Shown in pieces: positions 1 through 10,325 of a stretch of 32,000 bases of DNA (its first letter is position 1; each line of letters begins with the position of its first letter). The notes beneath the pieces were generated by a model. The model made no database searches and had not been told where the DNA came from. It was given only the letters and a program-made list of their open reading frames with translations. A program made the translations under genes and the position numbers. The stretch comes from Isorropodon fossajaponicum endosymbiont JTNG4 (lineage in GTDB: Bacteria > Pseudomonadota > Gammaproteobacteria > PS1 > Pseudothioglobaceae). Where the stretch lies: the NCBI RefSeq assembly GCF_016592615.1, contig NZ_AP013043.1:810001-842000 (forward strand), read 5' to 3'.

Positions 1-1
1 C

Positions 2-574
2 CTGGCAGCAAACATGAAGCGCGACACCATTGAAAATGCCGTCAAACGTGGCAGTGGTGATCTTGATGGAGATAATTATGAAGAAATCCGTTATGAAGGC
101 TATGGCTTAGGCGGTACTGCTATTATGGTTGATTGTTTGAGTGATAATCGTAATCGCACAGTATCTGATGTACGCCACGCTTTTTCAAAACACGGCGGTA
201 ATTTAGGTACAGATGGCTCAGTATCTTATCTGTTCACCAAACAAGGCTTTATTAGCTTTGAGGCGGGTGATGAGGATCAAATCATGGAGGTCGCACTTGA
301 TGCGGGTGCGCAAGACATTATCATCAACAATGATGGCTCTATTGATGTAATCACCACGCCTGAGGATTTTTTCATAGTTAAAGATGCACTCACAAGCGCA
401 GAACTTAAGCCAAGCCACGCTGAAGTAACAATGGAACCTGCCAATCGTGTTGAACTTAATTTGGGTGATGCAGAAAAATTCATGCAACTCATTGACCGCT
501 TAGAAGATTTGGATGACACCCAAGAGGTCTATCACAATGCTGATATTTCTGATGAGGTAATGGCGCAATTATGA
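2..574 (+). CDS. yebC: YebC/PmpR-family DNA-binding regulator, 5' end outside the window
   Basis: The frame is open to the window edge (L-A-A-N precede the first Met). [13 protein letters not shown]...[23 protein letters not shown] is the conserved YebC core. The TGA stop overlaps the purL ATG (ATGA). Confidence 0.9.
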   Translation: MAANMKRDTIENAVKRGSGDLDGDNYEEIRYEGYGLGGTAIMVDCLSDNRNRTVSDVRHAFSKHGGNLGTDGSVSYLFTKQGFISFEAGDEDQIMEVALDAGAQDIIINNDGSIDVITTPEDFFIVKDALTSAELKPSHAEVTMEPANRVELNLGDAEKFMQLIDRLEDLDDTQEVYHNADISDEVMAQL

Positions 575-3500
575 TTCATATTCACCGAGGCATTAGTGCC
601 CTTGAAGCCTTTAAAACTAAGGATTTAAAATTAAAAATATCTAAAATACAACCAGCCCTTAAGCTTTTGGGCGCTGAATTCATTCACTTTGTAGATTTAC
701 ACAATACACTTGATAATAAACAAGTTGACCATTTAAATAAATTACTATCTTATACAAATAACCTAGTTGTCAATAATGCAAAATCAATCATTATTGTTAT
801 ACCAAGGCTAGGAACAATATCCCCTTGGTCTTCGAAAGCTACTGATATTGTATATTTGTGTGGTATTGATAAAATTAAACGTATTGAGCGTAGCATTGTT
901 TATCATTTTAACGGTGAAATTACTAACAAACCTCAGGTGCTATCTTGCATCATGGACAAAATGACTGAGTCAGAACTTGGCTCAATTGATGATGCGCATT
1001 TAATTTTTGACAACTTTGAGCCTCAACCACTAACAAATGTTGATATTTTAGCTGAGGGAAAATCTGCGCTAGAACGCACTAATGCAGAATTGGGTTTGGC
1101 ATTATCGAGTGTGGAAATTGACTATTTAGTGGCTAGTTTTACCGAGTTAAAGCGTAATCCTACAGATATTGAATTGATGATGTTTGCACAAGCAAACTCA
1201 GAACATTGCCGACATAAAATCTTTAATGCCGATTGGACGATTGATGGTGAACACCAAGCAAAAAGCTTATTTTCTATGATTCGTAATACTTATCATCAGC
1301 ATCCAGAAGGGTTGTTAAGTGTTTATTCAGACAATTGTGCAGTGATGGAAGGTTATCAGGGTGAGCGTTTTTATGCAGACACCAAGGGTAAATACACCAC
1401 TTCAAAAGAGCACCGAGCGATTTTAATGAAAGTTGAAACCCACAACCACCCTACTGCCATTGCACCTCACCCGGGGGCAGCGACAGGCTCTGGTGGGGAA
1501 ATTCGTGATGAGGGTGCAACGGGTCAAGGCTCTAAGCCTAAAGTAGGTTTGTGTGGATTTAGTGTTTCTAATTTAAACATTAACAATGCCCAGCAACCTT
1601 GGGAGGTTGATTATGGCAAGCCTAATCAAATTAAATCGGCACTTGATATTATGCTTGAAGGGCCAATTGGAGCAGCTAGTTTTAATAATGAATTTGGTCG
1701 TCCAAACACCTTGGGCTACTTTAGAACGTTTGAGCAAAAAATGCCAAATGGCGACGTACGCGGCTATCACAAACCGATTATGTTGGCAGGTGGTTTGGGA
1801 CACATTCAAGAACAACATATTAAAAAAGGGGATATTCCAGTAGGTAGTAAGATTATCGTTTTAGGTGGCCCGGCAATGTTAATCGGCTTGGGTGGTGGTG
1901 CGGCATCAAGCATTAAAAGTGGTGAGCAAAGCGAAGATTTAGATTTTGCTTCAGTGCAACGTGCCAATCCTGAAATGCAAAGGCGTGCTCAAGAGGTGAT
2001 TGATAGTTGTACCAACATGGGTAAAGATAACCCGATTGTTTCTATTCACGATATTGGTGCAGGTGGTTTATCTAATGGCCTGCCTGAATTAGTGAATGAT
2101 TCTGACAGAGGCGGAAAATTCCAATTACGTGCTATTCCCAATGATGATTTTAAAATGTCACCACTTGAAATTTGGTGTAATGAATCACAAGAACGTTACG
2201 TGTTGGCGGTTGAAGAAAAAAATCTTAAAACATTTACAGATATTTGTACTCGTGAGCGAGCGCCTTTTGCGGTGCTAGGCGAGTCAACCAAGGAGCAAGT
2301 ACTTATCTTAAATGATAAGTTATTTGACAACAATCCCATTAATATGCCTATGAGTATACTGCTTGGCAATCCACCAAAAACCAGTATTTATGCACGCTCA
2401 ACAAGTAATCATCTTAATGCGCTGGATACTAGTCACATCACTATTGATGACGCTATTTCTAGACTATTACAACTCCCAACCATTGCTAGTAAAAATTTCT
2501 TAATTACTATTGGCGATAGAAGCGTCACTGGCTTGGTCGCGCGCGACCAATTTGTAGGACCGTGGCAAGTGCCTGTTGCTGATTGCGCTATATCATTAGC
2601 AGATTACACAGGCTATCAAGGCGAAATTATGTCTTTAGGTGAAAAAACACCTTTGGCATTGTGTAATGCTGAATCTGCAGCCAGAATGACAATTGGTGAA
2701 GCATTGACCAATATGCTAGGTGGCTTTGTAGAAGATATTCACCACATTAGTTTAAGCGCCAACTGGATGAGTGCTAGTGGACATGCAAATGAAGATGCAA
2801 AATTATTCTCAGCCGTTAAAGCTGTGGGCATGGATTTATGTCCAGAATTAGGCTTGACAGTGCCTGTGGGTAAAGACTCAATGAGTATGAAAACTTCATG
2901 GCAGGAGCAAGGCGAGAATAAATCAGTCACCGCCCCGCTTTCGCTCATCATTACTGCTTTTTCTAAAACCGCTGATGTTCGCTTGCAACTTACACCACTA
3001 CTTGAAACTGACCAAGATAGCGAGTTATTGTTGATTGATCTTGGCTTTGGAAAAAATAGAATGGGTGGCTCTTGTTTGGCACAAGTTTATAACCAAGTCG
3101 GTAAAGATGCGCCCAATCTTGATGATGCCTCTGTGTTTAAAAACTTCTTTACAGTCATCAATCAGCTTAATAAAGATGGCTTAATCAGTGCTTATCATGA
3201 CAGAAGTGATGGCGGTGTTATCACCACTTTAATAGAAATGGCATTTACCTCACATTGTGGCTTAAACATTATTTCTAATGGTGACATTGAAGATTTATTT
3301 AATGAGGAATTAGGTTGTGTTATTCAAGTTAAAGCACAAAACAAACAGGCTGTTACTGATACCTTAAACCACACTGGATTGTCAAGTTGCACACACAAAA
3401 TTGCCTCGATTAATCACACTGATACAATTGAAATCATTGCAAATAATGAAATTATTTACACTAAATCAAGGGCTGAATTACAATCCTTATGGTCAACCAC

Positions 3501-4404
3501 CTCATTTGAAATCGCTAAGTTAAGAGACAACCCCGATTGTGCTAAGCAAGAATTTAATAACGTAGCTCATAACACTTCAGGCATCAAAATTAACCCTAGT
3601 TTTGATATTAATGAATCAGTTTCAACGCCTTACATTCTAAGCTCAGCAAGGCCAAAAATTGCCATTCTAAGAGAACAAGGCATTAACGGGCAGATAGAAA
3701 TGGGTGCTGCATTCACCAAAGCTACATTTGATGCCATTGACGTACATATGAGTGATATTTTGTCTGGCAAAGTCTCTCTGGCTGATTTTAAAGGCTTGGT
3801 AGCTTGTGGTGGTTTTTCCTATGGTGATGTGCTTGGTGCGGGGCGTGGCTGGGCCAGTTCTATCTTGTATAACGAATGCACTAAGGATGAATTTGAAGCT
3901 TTTTTTACCAGAAAAGACAGTTTTGCATTAGGCGTTTGTAATGGCTGTCAAATGATGTCCAACTTAACAGATATTATCCCTGGCTCATCACACTGGCCAA
4001 GTTTTCATCGTAACACTTCAGAACAGTTTGAAGCACGTTTTTCCTCAGTTCAGATTAGACAATCAAACTCAATTTTCTTAAAAGACATGGCAGGTTCAAT
4101 CATGCCAATTGCCATTGCTCATGGCGAAGGTCGTGCAAGCTTTACACCTCAAATGGATAAAAACCATTCAATCATGCAGTATGTTGACCATGACGGCAAA
4201 CCAACACAAAACTATCCACACAATCCAAATGGCTCGGATTTTGCCACAGCGGGCGTTACCAGTGAATCTGGACAAGTCACCATCATGATGCCACATCCAG
4301 AAAGGGTATTCAGAGCAGTACAAAACTCATACCATTCAAAAAACTGGCATGAGCGCAGCCCGTGGATGAGAATGTTTGAAAATGCTAGAGCTTGGGTTGA
4401 TTAA
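571..4404 (+). CDS. purL: phosphoribosylformylglycinamidine synthase, single-chain large form
   Basis: Uninterrupted 1277-aa ORF with FGAM synthase motifs ([24 protein letters not shown]). The C-terminal glutaminase has the GVCNGCQ nucleophile and an HPE motif. Confidence 0.97.
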   Translation: MIHIHRGISALEAFKTKDLKLKISKIQPALKLLGAEFIHFVDLHNTLDNKQVDHLNKLLSYTNNLVVNNAKSIIIVIPRLGTISPWSSKATDIVYLCGIDKIKRIERSIVYHFNGEITNKPQVLSCIMDKMTESELGSIDDAHLIFDNFEPQPLTNVDILAEGKSALERTNAELGLALSSVEIDYLVASFTELKRNPTDIELMMFAQANSEHCRHKIFNADWTIDGEHQAKSLFSMIRNTYHQHPEGLLSVYSDNCAVMEGYQGERFYADTKGKYTTSKEHRAILMKVETHNHPTAIAPHPGAATGSGGEIRDEGATGQGSKPKVGLCGFSVSNLNINNAQQPWEVDYGKPNQIKSALDIMLEGPIGAASFNNEFGRPNTLGYFRTFEQKMPNGDVRGYHKPIMLAGGLGHIQEQHIKKGDIPVGSKIIVLGGPAMLIGLGGGAASSIKSGEQSEDLDFASVQRANPEMQRRAQEVIDSCTNMGKDNPIVSIHDIGAGGLSNGLPELVNDSDRGGKFQLRAIPNDDFKMSPLEIWCNESQERYVLAVEEKNLKTFTDICTRERAPFAVLGESTKEQVLILNDKLFDNNPINMPMSILLGNPPKTSIYARSTSNHLNALDTSHITIDDAISRLLQLPTIASKNFLITIGDRSVTGLVARDQFVGPWQVPVADCAISLADYTGYQGEIMSLGEKTPLALCNAESAARMTIGEALTNMLGGFVEDIHHISLSANWMSASGHANEDAKLFSAVKAVGMDLCPELGLTVPVGKDSMSMKTSWQEQGENKSVTAPLSLIITAFSKTADVRLQLTPLLETDQDSELLLIDLGFGKNRMGGSCLAQVYNQVGKDAPNLDDASVFKNFFTVINQLNKDGLISAYHDRSDGGVITTLIEMAFTSHCGLNIISNGDIEDLFNEELGCVIQVKAQNKQAVTDTLNHTGLSSCTHKIASINHTDTIEIIANNEIIYTKSRAELQSLWSTTSFEIAKLRDNPDCAKQEFNNVAHNTSGIKINPSFDINESVSTPYILSSARPKIAILREQGINGQIEMGAAFTKATFDAIDVHMSDILSGKVSLADFKGLVACGGFSYGDVLGAGRGWASSILYNECTKDEFEAFFTRKDSFALGVCNGCQMMSNLTDIIPGSSHWPSFHRNTSEQFEARFSSVQIRQSNSIFLKDMAGSIMPIAIAHGEGRASFTPQMDKNHSIMQYVDHDGKPTQNYPHNPNGSDFATAGVTSESGQVTIMMPHPERVFRAVQNSYHSKNWHERSPWMRMFENARAWVD

Positions 4405-4412
4405 TACGAACT

Positions 4413-4750
4413 CTAACAATTATTTAAAAAGTTGTAATTAGTCGGTGTTTGGACTGTATCATTGTCTTTAATTGCTTTAAGCACTTTTTCAAGAATGCCA
4501 TTTAATTCAAACAAACCAGCAACTGGCATTACAAGACGTTGGGACACTTTGCGCATCTCTTTTTGCTCTTGCCCTTCATTATACCCCCCAATCAATCATG
4601 CCAAGTGCTTGATAAAAATCAATCTTAGCCGCGCCAGAACGCAAACTAATACTCATTGCGCCATCAACATATATCTCATGTTCTGGTTTCATTGGTTCAG
4701 AATTTTTTTTGTATATTAGTATTATCTGCCTTTTTATTATTTGTTGCCAT
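4413..4750 (-). pseudogene. small hypothetical protein (about 110 aa if repaired), split by two homopolymer frameshifts
   Basis: ATG at 4750 has a GGAG 8 nt upstream and stops after 17 codons at a run of 8 A (plus T8, 4703-4710). The next frame (ATG 4692, MKPEHEIYVDGAMSISLRSGAAKIDFYQALGMIDWG) stops just after a G6 run (plus C6, 4584-4589). The 60-aa ORF 4413-4595 continues from there. Removing one base in each run gives one ORF. Family unknown. Confidence 0.45.
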
Positions 4751-4869
4751 GAGTTACTCCACTATCTTTTAGTTAAAAAAATTTATGCGTTCCATTTTAA
4801 AGTCAAATCAAGCCTCATTACCCATTCATATACAAATTAAAATAACGCTTTTAATAAATGGCTCAACTC

Positions 4870-5516
4870 ATGAAGTATCAACTCATTCGCTCTAAGCGAA
4901 AAACGCTAAGCTTACAAATTTCTGACAATGCAGAGCTATTAATACGTGCACCAAACAGGCTAAGTGTCAAAAAAATTGAAAGCTTTATCCATGAAAAGCA
5001 ACACTGGATTAAAAAAAACAAGCGCTGATTAAAAACACCAAACGAAAAATGCATTATCATGAGGATGAGGATTTTTTGTATTTAGGCAACACTTACCCAC
5101 TTAAACTCATACACATGCAAAAACCACAAATACATTTTGATGGTGCGTACTTTCATTTAAGTGGTGATGGTGAAACACATTTTCACTCGTGGTATAAAAA
5201 CGCATTCAGAAACATTGCTCTACCTAGACTTGATTACTATGCCGACTTACACCAACTTAATTACAACAAGGTGCATCTTAAAGCGCAAAAAACCCGATGG
5301 GGGTCTTGTAGTCATGTTAACAATATTAACTTAAATTATCTACTCATCATGGCACCAATGAGTGTGATTGATTATGTCATTGTGCATGAACTTGCCCATA
5401 TCAAACACAAGCACCATCAAAGTGAGTTTTGGCAGTTGGTTGAATCTATTTTGCCTAACTATCATCAAGCCAAACATTGGCTTAAAGAACAAGGTTATCA
5501 ATTAAGAAGATTGTAA
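4870..5516 (+). pseudogene. YgjP/DUF45-type HExxH metal-dependent hydrolase (M48-like), frameshifted
   Basis: ATG 4870 encodes MKYQLIRSKRKTLSLQISDNAELLIRAPNRLSVKKIESFIHEKQHWIKKNKR and stops at 5026-5028. The family body, with HELAH and the usual C-terminus, is ORF 5049-5516 in another frame. One extra A in the A8 run 5011-5018 joins them (..WIKKKQALIKNTKRKMHYHEDEDFLYLG..). Confidence 0.8.
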
Positions 5517-5608
5517 GAATAAACTTAATTTTGTTTTTTTAACCAAACGACTTAATCTTTTCCTCGCAAAGCTACTTAGTGCAATGCTCTAACCTACTTG
5601 GACACATT

Positions 5609-6337
5609 TCAAGCCGCTTTTTTCAATTCAGCCATCTTTTGAGCAGGTGTTAAATACCCAATCGCTGAATGAATCCTTTTGTAATTATACAAGTAGATAT
5701 AACCCTCTACATTTTGCACGACTTCACTATGATTTGCAAAACTTTGATAATTTAATCTCTCAGTCTTCAGACTTCTAAAGAAACGCTCCATGACCGCATT
5801 ATCCCAACAATTACCTCGCCTGCTCATGCTTTGAGTAATGTTGTTCTTGTTGCAATAATCAATAAAAACTTTAGAAGAGTATTGAGTCCCTTGATCAGAG
5901 TGGAACATGTGTTTATTTGTATTGGGCTGGTGTCTAGACACAGCATTACTAAGCGCATCCTTTGCCAACTGAGCATTAGGCTGTTTTGACAATGCCCAAC
6001 CAACAACTTGTCTTGAGCCTAAATCCAACACACTGGCTAAATAACTCCCACCTTGATAGGTTTTGATATAGGTAATATCACCAACCCAATGCGTATTAAT
6101 TGATTGCTGCTCAAACACACGATTTAATAGGTTTTTTGCCTTTTTAAACATCAATCTAGTATTAGGGTAATAATGACGCTTTCTTGGGCGTATGGCAACT
6201 ACATTGGCTTTTTTCATTAGCGTTGCAGTTTGGTAAATACCAATGTTATAACCTTGGTTATTCAAAACTACTCGCATTCTGCGTTTGCCATAGGTGTATC
6301 CAACTTCAATAGCAGTTTGTTTGATTAATTTAATCAT
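5609..6337 (-). CDS. IS3-family transposase OrfB portion (rve/DDE catalytic domain)
   Basis: 242-aa ORF with the DDE triad context: WVGDITYI, HSDQGTQY, NAVMERFFRSLK. The frame extends upstream of the Met but is cut by an in-frame TGA at 6413-6415. Confidence 0.85.
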   Translation of the reverse strand: MIKLIKQTAIEVGYTYGKRRMRVVLNNQGYNIGIYQTATLMKKANVVAIRPRKRHYYPNTRLMFKKAKNLLNRVFEQQSINTHWVGDITYIKTYQGGSYLASVLDLGSRQVVGWALSKQPNAQLAKDALSNAVSRHQPNTNKHMFHSDQGTQYSSKVFIDYCNKNNITQSMSRRGNCWDNAVMERFFRSLKTERLNYQSFANHSEVVQNVEGYIYLYNYKRIHSAIGYLTPAQKMAELKKAA

Positions 6338-6462
6338 AGCGTTGGTGTTGTTGTTTACTCGCTTATCTTTGACTTGATAGTAATAACTACTGCGAGGAAG
6401 TTTGAGTAATGCTCATAATTCTTTAGTATTGTATTGTTGGCAAGCCTTGTTTATCTTGATAA

Positions 6463-6814
6463 TCATATCACTTGGTGATTGTCCACAGCGAACAAGGCTG
6501 TTGCCTTTTTTAAGATTTCATTGTCCCTTTGTGCGCGCCAAAGTTGTTTCTCAAGCAGTTGTATTGTTTGTTGTTCAGAAGTCAGCGCTTTGCCTGACTC
6601 TGGTGTTTGTCCACCAAGCTCTGCTAGGTATTGTTTTCTCCATCTGCTAACTGCTGAGGAGCAAGCTCCTGATATTATCATGATTTTTTTTATTGGTGTA
6701 ATTCTCATGCACCATGAGTTTGGCATAATCTAGTGTTCCCCCCTCAAGGGGGTATTGAACAGAATGTTCAACGGTAAAAGTCACTCGTTGTTTTCTTGAT
6801 TTATATTGTGTCAT
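6463..6814 (-). pseudogene. IS3-family OrfA (HTH plus coiled coil), internally frameshifted
   Basis: AAGGAGG RBS and ATG at 6814 give MTQYKSRKQRVTFTVEHSVQYPLEGGTLDYAKLMVHE.., which terminates at 6647. The HTH/zipper part (..ISGACSSAVSRWRKQY..LEKQLWRAQRDNEILKKA) is ORF 6463-6726 in another frame. Confidence 0.7.
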
Positions 6815-6908
6815 TACTGACCTCCTTATGGTTTGTATTATAAGGCTATCTTTGTGTCCAAGTAGGTTAGAGCATTGCACACTCACCGAAACCCTACATT
6901 TCCCTAAA

Positions 6909-7257
6909 TCATGCCTTCATTGTGAAGATCCGCCACTGAATCAAACGTTCTAATGATTGAATAACTCGTCTTGCTGGCATGGACAAGTCCACATCAATAT
7001 TCAAGCCTTCCCGATTGTAATCATCGACAACATTGTGGATTGCCACCAAGACTGTGAGAATAAAAAGTATTTACACCTAACTCATTGCCTCTAAACCATT
7101 TAGCTTCTAAATTTTTTGCAATGCGTTCGTATTCTTGATTACATAGTTTTCCTGAACGATTCTTAAACTCTTTATTATAATTGATGAGGAACTTCCTATT
7201 GCTTGCAACGATGTATTTGCAAACGAACTTGTTATAACTCCTGTAAATAAAAAACAA
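6909..7257 (-). pseudogene. remnant of a different IS3-family transposase (rve domain region), frameshifted and truncated
   Basis: Minus-strand translation AIHNVVDDYNREGLNIDVDLSMPARRVIQSLERLIQWR resembles the IS407/IS2-type OrfB core. The upstream part (..RGNELGVNTFYSHSLGG) lies in ORF 7021-7257 in another frame. It abuts the right end of IS copy 1. Confidence 0.55.
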
Positions 7258-7337
7258 CTAAAAAACATTAAAAAATTCATATCAAATACCCACAATATTT
7301 AAAAAATAAATTTAATTGTAGATAAGAAATATTTCAA

Positions 7338-8063
7338 TTGTATGACAAGATATTAAAATATTCTGAAAATCCCACTTCAAAGCGCACCACACCTGCAGAT
7401 ATTCCACAACACATCATTCAAAGAGGCAATAATAAACAAGCGTGCTTTTCCAGTGAATTGGACATGAAAGCTTATCTTAAATGGCTTACAGACTTTTCAG
7501 CTCAATACGGTGTGGCAATTCATGCTTAAGTACTAATGACTAACCATATCCACTTACTTTGCACGCCAACAACAGATAATGGCATTAGTAAAATGATGCA
7601 ATCTGTGGGAAGAATGTACGTTAGCTATTTTAATCACCAACACAATCGCACCGGCACACCTTGGGAGGGGCGTTACAAATCTTCTATCATTCAATCACAA
7701 AAATATTTATTAAGCGTTTATCGTTACATTGAACTTAATCCTGTTCGTACTGGCATGGTTAAAAGCCCTAATGAATACAGCTGGTCAAGCTATAATCACA
7801 ATGCGCTGGGCATTGAGAATGATTTGATCATACCGCATGATGAATATCTATCACTCGGTGAGACGAAAAAAGCAAGGCAGATAGCCTATATTGAATTGTT
7901 TGGTAGTGAGATAGAAGGGAAATTATTAACCAATATTAGATAAACAGCAAACAAAGGCTTGGCATTGGGTAATGAGGATTTTATTCAATAAATTGAGAGT
8001 TTGACCAATGTGAGAGTTAGCAGTAGAAAAGCAGGAAGACCAAGAAAGAAAATTGATGAATAA
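7338..8063 (+). pseudogene. REP-associated tyrosine transposase (RAYT, IS200/IS605 Y1-like) with three in-frame TAA codons
   Basis: IPQHIIQRGNNKQACF...YGVAIHA*VLMTNHIHLLCTP...NRTGTPWEGRYKSSIIQ...YIELNPVRTGMV. One frame is kept over 242 codons. Stops lie at 7527-7529 (expected Tyr), 7941-7943 and 7989-7991. The tail ..RKAGRPRKK is typical. Confidence 0.8.
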
Positions 8064-8227
8064 ATTACACTCTAACCCTAATTATTGTGTTTTTCACTGC
8101 TTAATGAAAAATTATCTAAATTTGCAAACACATCAACACTTAGCAAAAAATACAAAATAAATAATTTCATACAAAACCTACTATCTGGCGGTAAAATCAA
8201 CTATTTTATCTTAGGTCTTTATAAAGA

Positions 8228-8608
8228 GTGGACGCATTAAAGCAAACAAAATTTGACGATGAAGGCTTGATACCCGCCATTGCTCAAGATTTTAAAACAG
8301 GGGAAATCTTGATGTTTGCTTGGATGAATCAAGAGTCTTTAGCGCTAACCATTGAAAAGCAGCGCGCAGTCTATTATTCTAGATCACGCCAAAAACTTTG
8401 GTTTAAAGGCGAACAGTCGGGATATACGCAACTTATTAAAAAAATCTTTACAGATTGCGATAATGACGTTATCCTACTCAAGGTAGAACAGGTTGGTGGT
8501 ATTGCTTGTCATACAGGCAGAAAATCATGCTTTTTCCAACAACTAGATAAAAACAATTGGAAAACCGTTGCTAACGTATTAAAAAATCCGAAAGATATTT
8601 ATGGATGA
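8228..8608 (+). CDS. hisI: phosphoribosyl-AMP cyclohydrolase
   Basis: 126 aa with a GTG start. LIPAIAQD...MFAWMN.ESL......[15 protein letters not shown] and CHTG.SCF motifs. Overlaps hisE by 8 nt. Confidence 0.9.
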   Translation: MDALKQTKFDDEGLIPAIAQDFKTGEILMFAWMNQESLALTIEKQRAVYYSRSRQKLWFKGEQSGYTQLIKKIFTDCDNDVILLKVEQVGGIACHTGRKSCFFQQLDKNNWKTVANVLKNPKDIYG

Positions 8609-8918
8609 TATACTAACAAAATTAGAACAAGTTTTAGAGCAAAGAAAATCTGCCAAAGCAGATGAATCGTATGTCTCATCCTTGTACAATAAAGGCACAG
8701 ATGAAATTTTAAAAAAAATTGCTGAAGAATCTGCTGAGGTGATTATGGCAGCTAAAGATGGTGCTAATGATAAAATCATCTATGAGGTGGCCGATCTTTG
8801 GTTTCACACGCTTGTATTACTTCGTTTTAAAGAGATAAAAGTAGAACAAATAACGAATGAATTATCCAGACGATTTGGCTTGTCTGGTTTACAAGAAAAA
8901 GCCAATAGAGACAACTAA
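8601..8918 (+). CDS. hisE: phosphoribosyl-ATP pyrophosphatase
   Basis: 105 aa. [31 protein letters not shown]...[13 protein letters not shown] is the HisE/MazG-like signature. Confidence 0.9.
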   Translation: MDDILTKLEQVLEQRKSAKADESYVSSLYNKGTDEILKKIAEESAEVIMAAKDGANDKIIYEVADLWFHTLVLLRFKEIKVEQITNELSRRFGLSGLQEKANRDN

Positions 8919-8936
8919 ATAATAGGAGAAAAAACC

Positions 8937-9149
8937 ATGATGCCAGGACCATTTGAACTGATTATCATTTTAGTAATCGTACTACTTCTTTTTGGCGGAA
9001 AACGCTTAAAAAACATTGGTGGTGATTTAGGTAATGCCATTAAAGGCTTTAAAAAATCTATGAAAGAAGAGCCGACCGACCAAATTGACACAAAAGATGA
9101 TATTGTTGAAGCCAAAATCATTAAAGAAGACACAAAACAAGAAAAATAA
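8937..9149 (+). CDS. tatA: twin-arginine translocase subunit TatA
   Basis: 70 aa. Single N-terminal TM helix followed by [34 protein letters not shown] upstream. Confidence 0.9.
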   Translation: MMPGPFELIIILVIVLLLFGGKRLKNIGGDLGNAIKGFKKSMKEEPTDQIDTKDDIVEAKIIKEDTKQEK

Positions 9150-9152
9150 ACC

Positions 9153-9455
9153 ATGTTTGATGTTGGCTTTTGGGAATTTGCCTTAATTGGTATTATTGCA
9201 CTCATTATAGTTGGGCCAGAACGCATGCCCGCATTTGCTAGAAAAGCAGGCACTTATGTTGGCAGAGCTAAGCGTTTTATTGCCAATACTCAGGATGATA
9301 TTAGTGATGAACTTGAGATTGATAAACTCAAAGAGCATCTAAACACTGTGGATAAAAAATCTAATATTTTAGAAATTTTTGATGACACGAAAAATACTTT
9401 AAGTGACACCAAAAACACCTTGAATGATATTGAAAATAATACTAATCAAAAATAA
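9153..9455 (+). CDS. tatB: twin-arginine translocase subunit TatB
   Basis: 100 aa. MFDVGFWEFALIGIIALIIVGPERMP..ARKAGTYVGRAKRF. Sits between tatA and tatC. Confidence 0.88.
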   Translation: MFDVGFWEFALIGIIALIIVGPERMPAFARKAGTYVGRAKRFIANTQDDISDELEIDKLKEHLNTVDKKSNILEIFDDTKNTLSDTKNTLNDIENNTNQK

Positions 9456-10321
9456 TGACCAGTAAAGAAATGACTTTTGTTCAGCATTTAGTTGAACTTC
9501 GCAATATTTTATTGCACTCGGTTATTGCTATTTTGATTATTTTTATTGGCATATTCCCTTTTGCTAATGAAGTTTATGGCTTTATTGCAGCGCCCATTAT
9601 TAACGTACTGCCTGAAGATACCAACATTATTGCCATCGGCGTTATATCGCCATTTTTGACACCCTTAAAAATGGCGCTCATTATTGCTGTCTACGCAGCC
9701 ATGCCCTATCTTTTATACCAAATCTGGTCGTTTGTTGCGCCTGCACTTTACAAGCACGAAAAGCAAATGATTTTGCCATTGGTTGTCTCGTCGACCATTT
9801 TATTTTATACAGGATTGTTGTTTTCTTTTTATGTGGTTTTTCCTGTTATATTTGGCTTTCTATCTAGTGTTGGTCCTAATATTGTTGACTTTACCCCAGA
9901 TATTCAATATTACCTAGACTTTGTGCTCAAAGTTTCTTTTGCCTTTGGCGTGGCTTTTGAAGTGCCTATTGCCACAATTTTGCTGATTATGTTTGGCATA
10001 ACAACGGTCGAAAAATTAAAGAGCAACCGGCCCTATGTCATTATTGGTGCTTTTGTTTTAGGTATGTTGTTAACACCACCTGATATCATCTCTCAAACCT
10101 TAATTGCAATTCCAATGTGGTTGTTATTTGAAGCAGGTCTGATTTTTGCACCATTATTCAAACAAAACAAGCAAGAAACGCCTGATGAGCCTTCTCCAAA
10201 CCCTGGCAAAAATTCTTCAGAAAAAGAAGCGGCCTCAGATAATGACGATTGGAGTGATGATGAAATGGAGGCAGAGATGGAAAAAATTGATGCTGAAATG
10301 GAAAAATTAGATAAAGAATAA
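9455..10321 (+). CDS. tatC: twin-arginine translocase subunit TatC, with an acidic C-terminal tail
   Basis: 288 aa, multi-TM. HL.ELR, P.L.QIW.F..P.LY..E and LTPPD..SQ motifs. About 45 extra acidic residues at the C-terminus. Confidence 0.92.
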   Translation: MTSKEMTFVQHLVELRNILLHSVIAILIIFIGIFPFANEVYGFIAAPIINVLPEDTNIIAIGVISPFLTPLKMALIIAVYAAMPYLLYQIWSFVAPALYKHEKQMILPLVVSSTILFYTGLLFSFYVVFPVIFGFLSSVGPNIVDFTPDIQYYLDFVLKVSFAFGVAFEVPIATILLIMFGITTVEKLKSNRPYVIIGAFVLGMLLTPPDIISQTLIAIPMWLLFEAGLIFAPLFKQNKQETPDEPSPNPGKNSSEKEAASDNDDWSDDEMEAEMEKIDAEMEKLDKE

Positions 10322-10325
10322 GACC

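Larger units (their letters stand above)
5580..6879 (-). mobile_element. IS3-family insertion sequence, copy 1 (1300 bp)
   Basis: Perfect 27-bp terminal inverted repeats, TGCAATGCTCTAACCTACTTGGACACA, at 5580-5606 and as reverse complement at 6853-6879. orfA/orfB layout with an A-AAA-AAG slippery heptamer (minus strand, 6505-6511). No flanking direct repeat is visible. Confidence 0.9.

Noticed and set aside
6413-6415. Idea that the in-frame TGA in the IS3 OrfB frame reflects TGA=Trp (genetic code 4) or selenocysteine.
   Set aside because: TGA terminates well-defined genes here (yebC, hisI, dxs). No SECIS-like context is evident. The homologous position is usually Cys, one mutation away from TGA.
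6402-6733. Plus-strand ORFs of 82 and 84 aa inside each IS3 copy (also 21411-21742 and 29267-29598), and the 60-aa minus-strand ORFs nested in orfB.
   Set aside because: They are antisense or alternative-frame shadows of the transposase genes. They recur only because the IS is repeated.
7258-8227. REP/BIME palindromes expected around the RAYT gene.
   Set aside because: I read both flanks on both strands and found only AT-rich sequence, without GC-rich imperfect palindromes or repeats shared with other intergenic regions.
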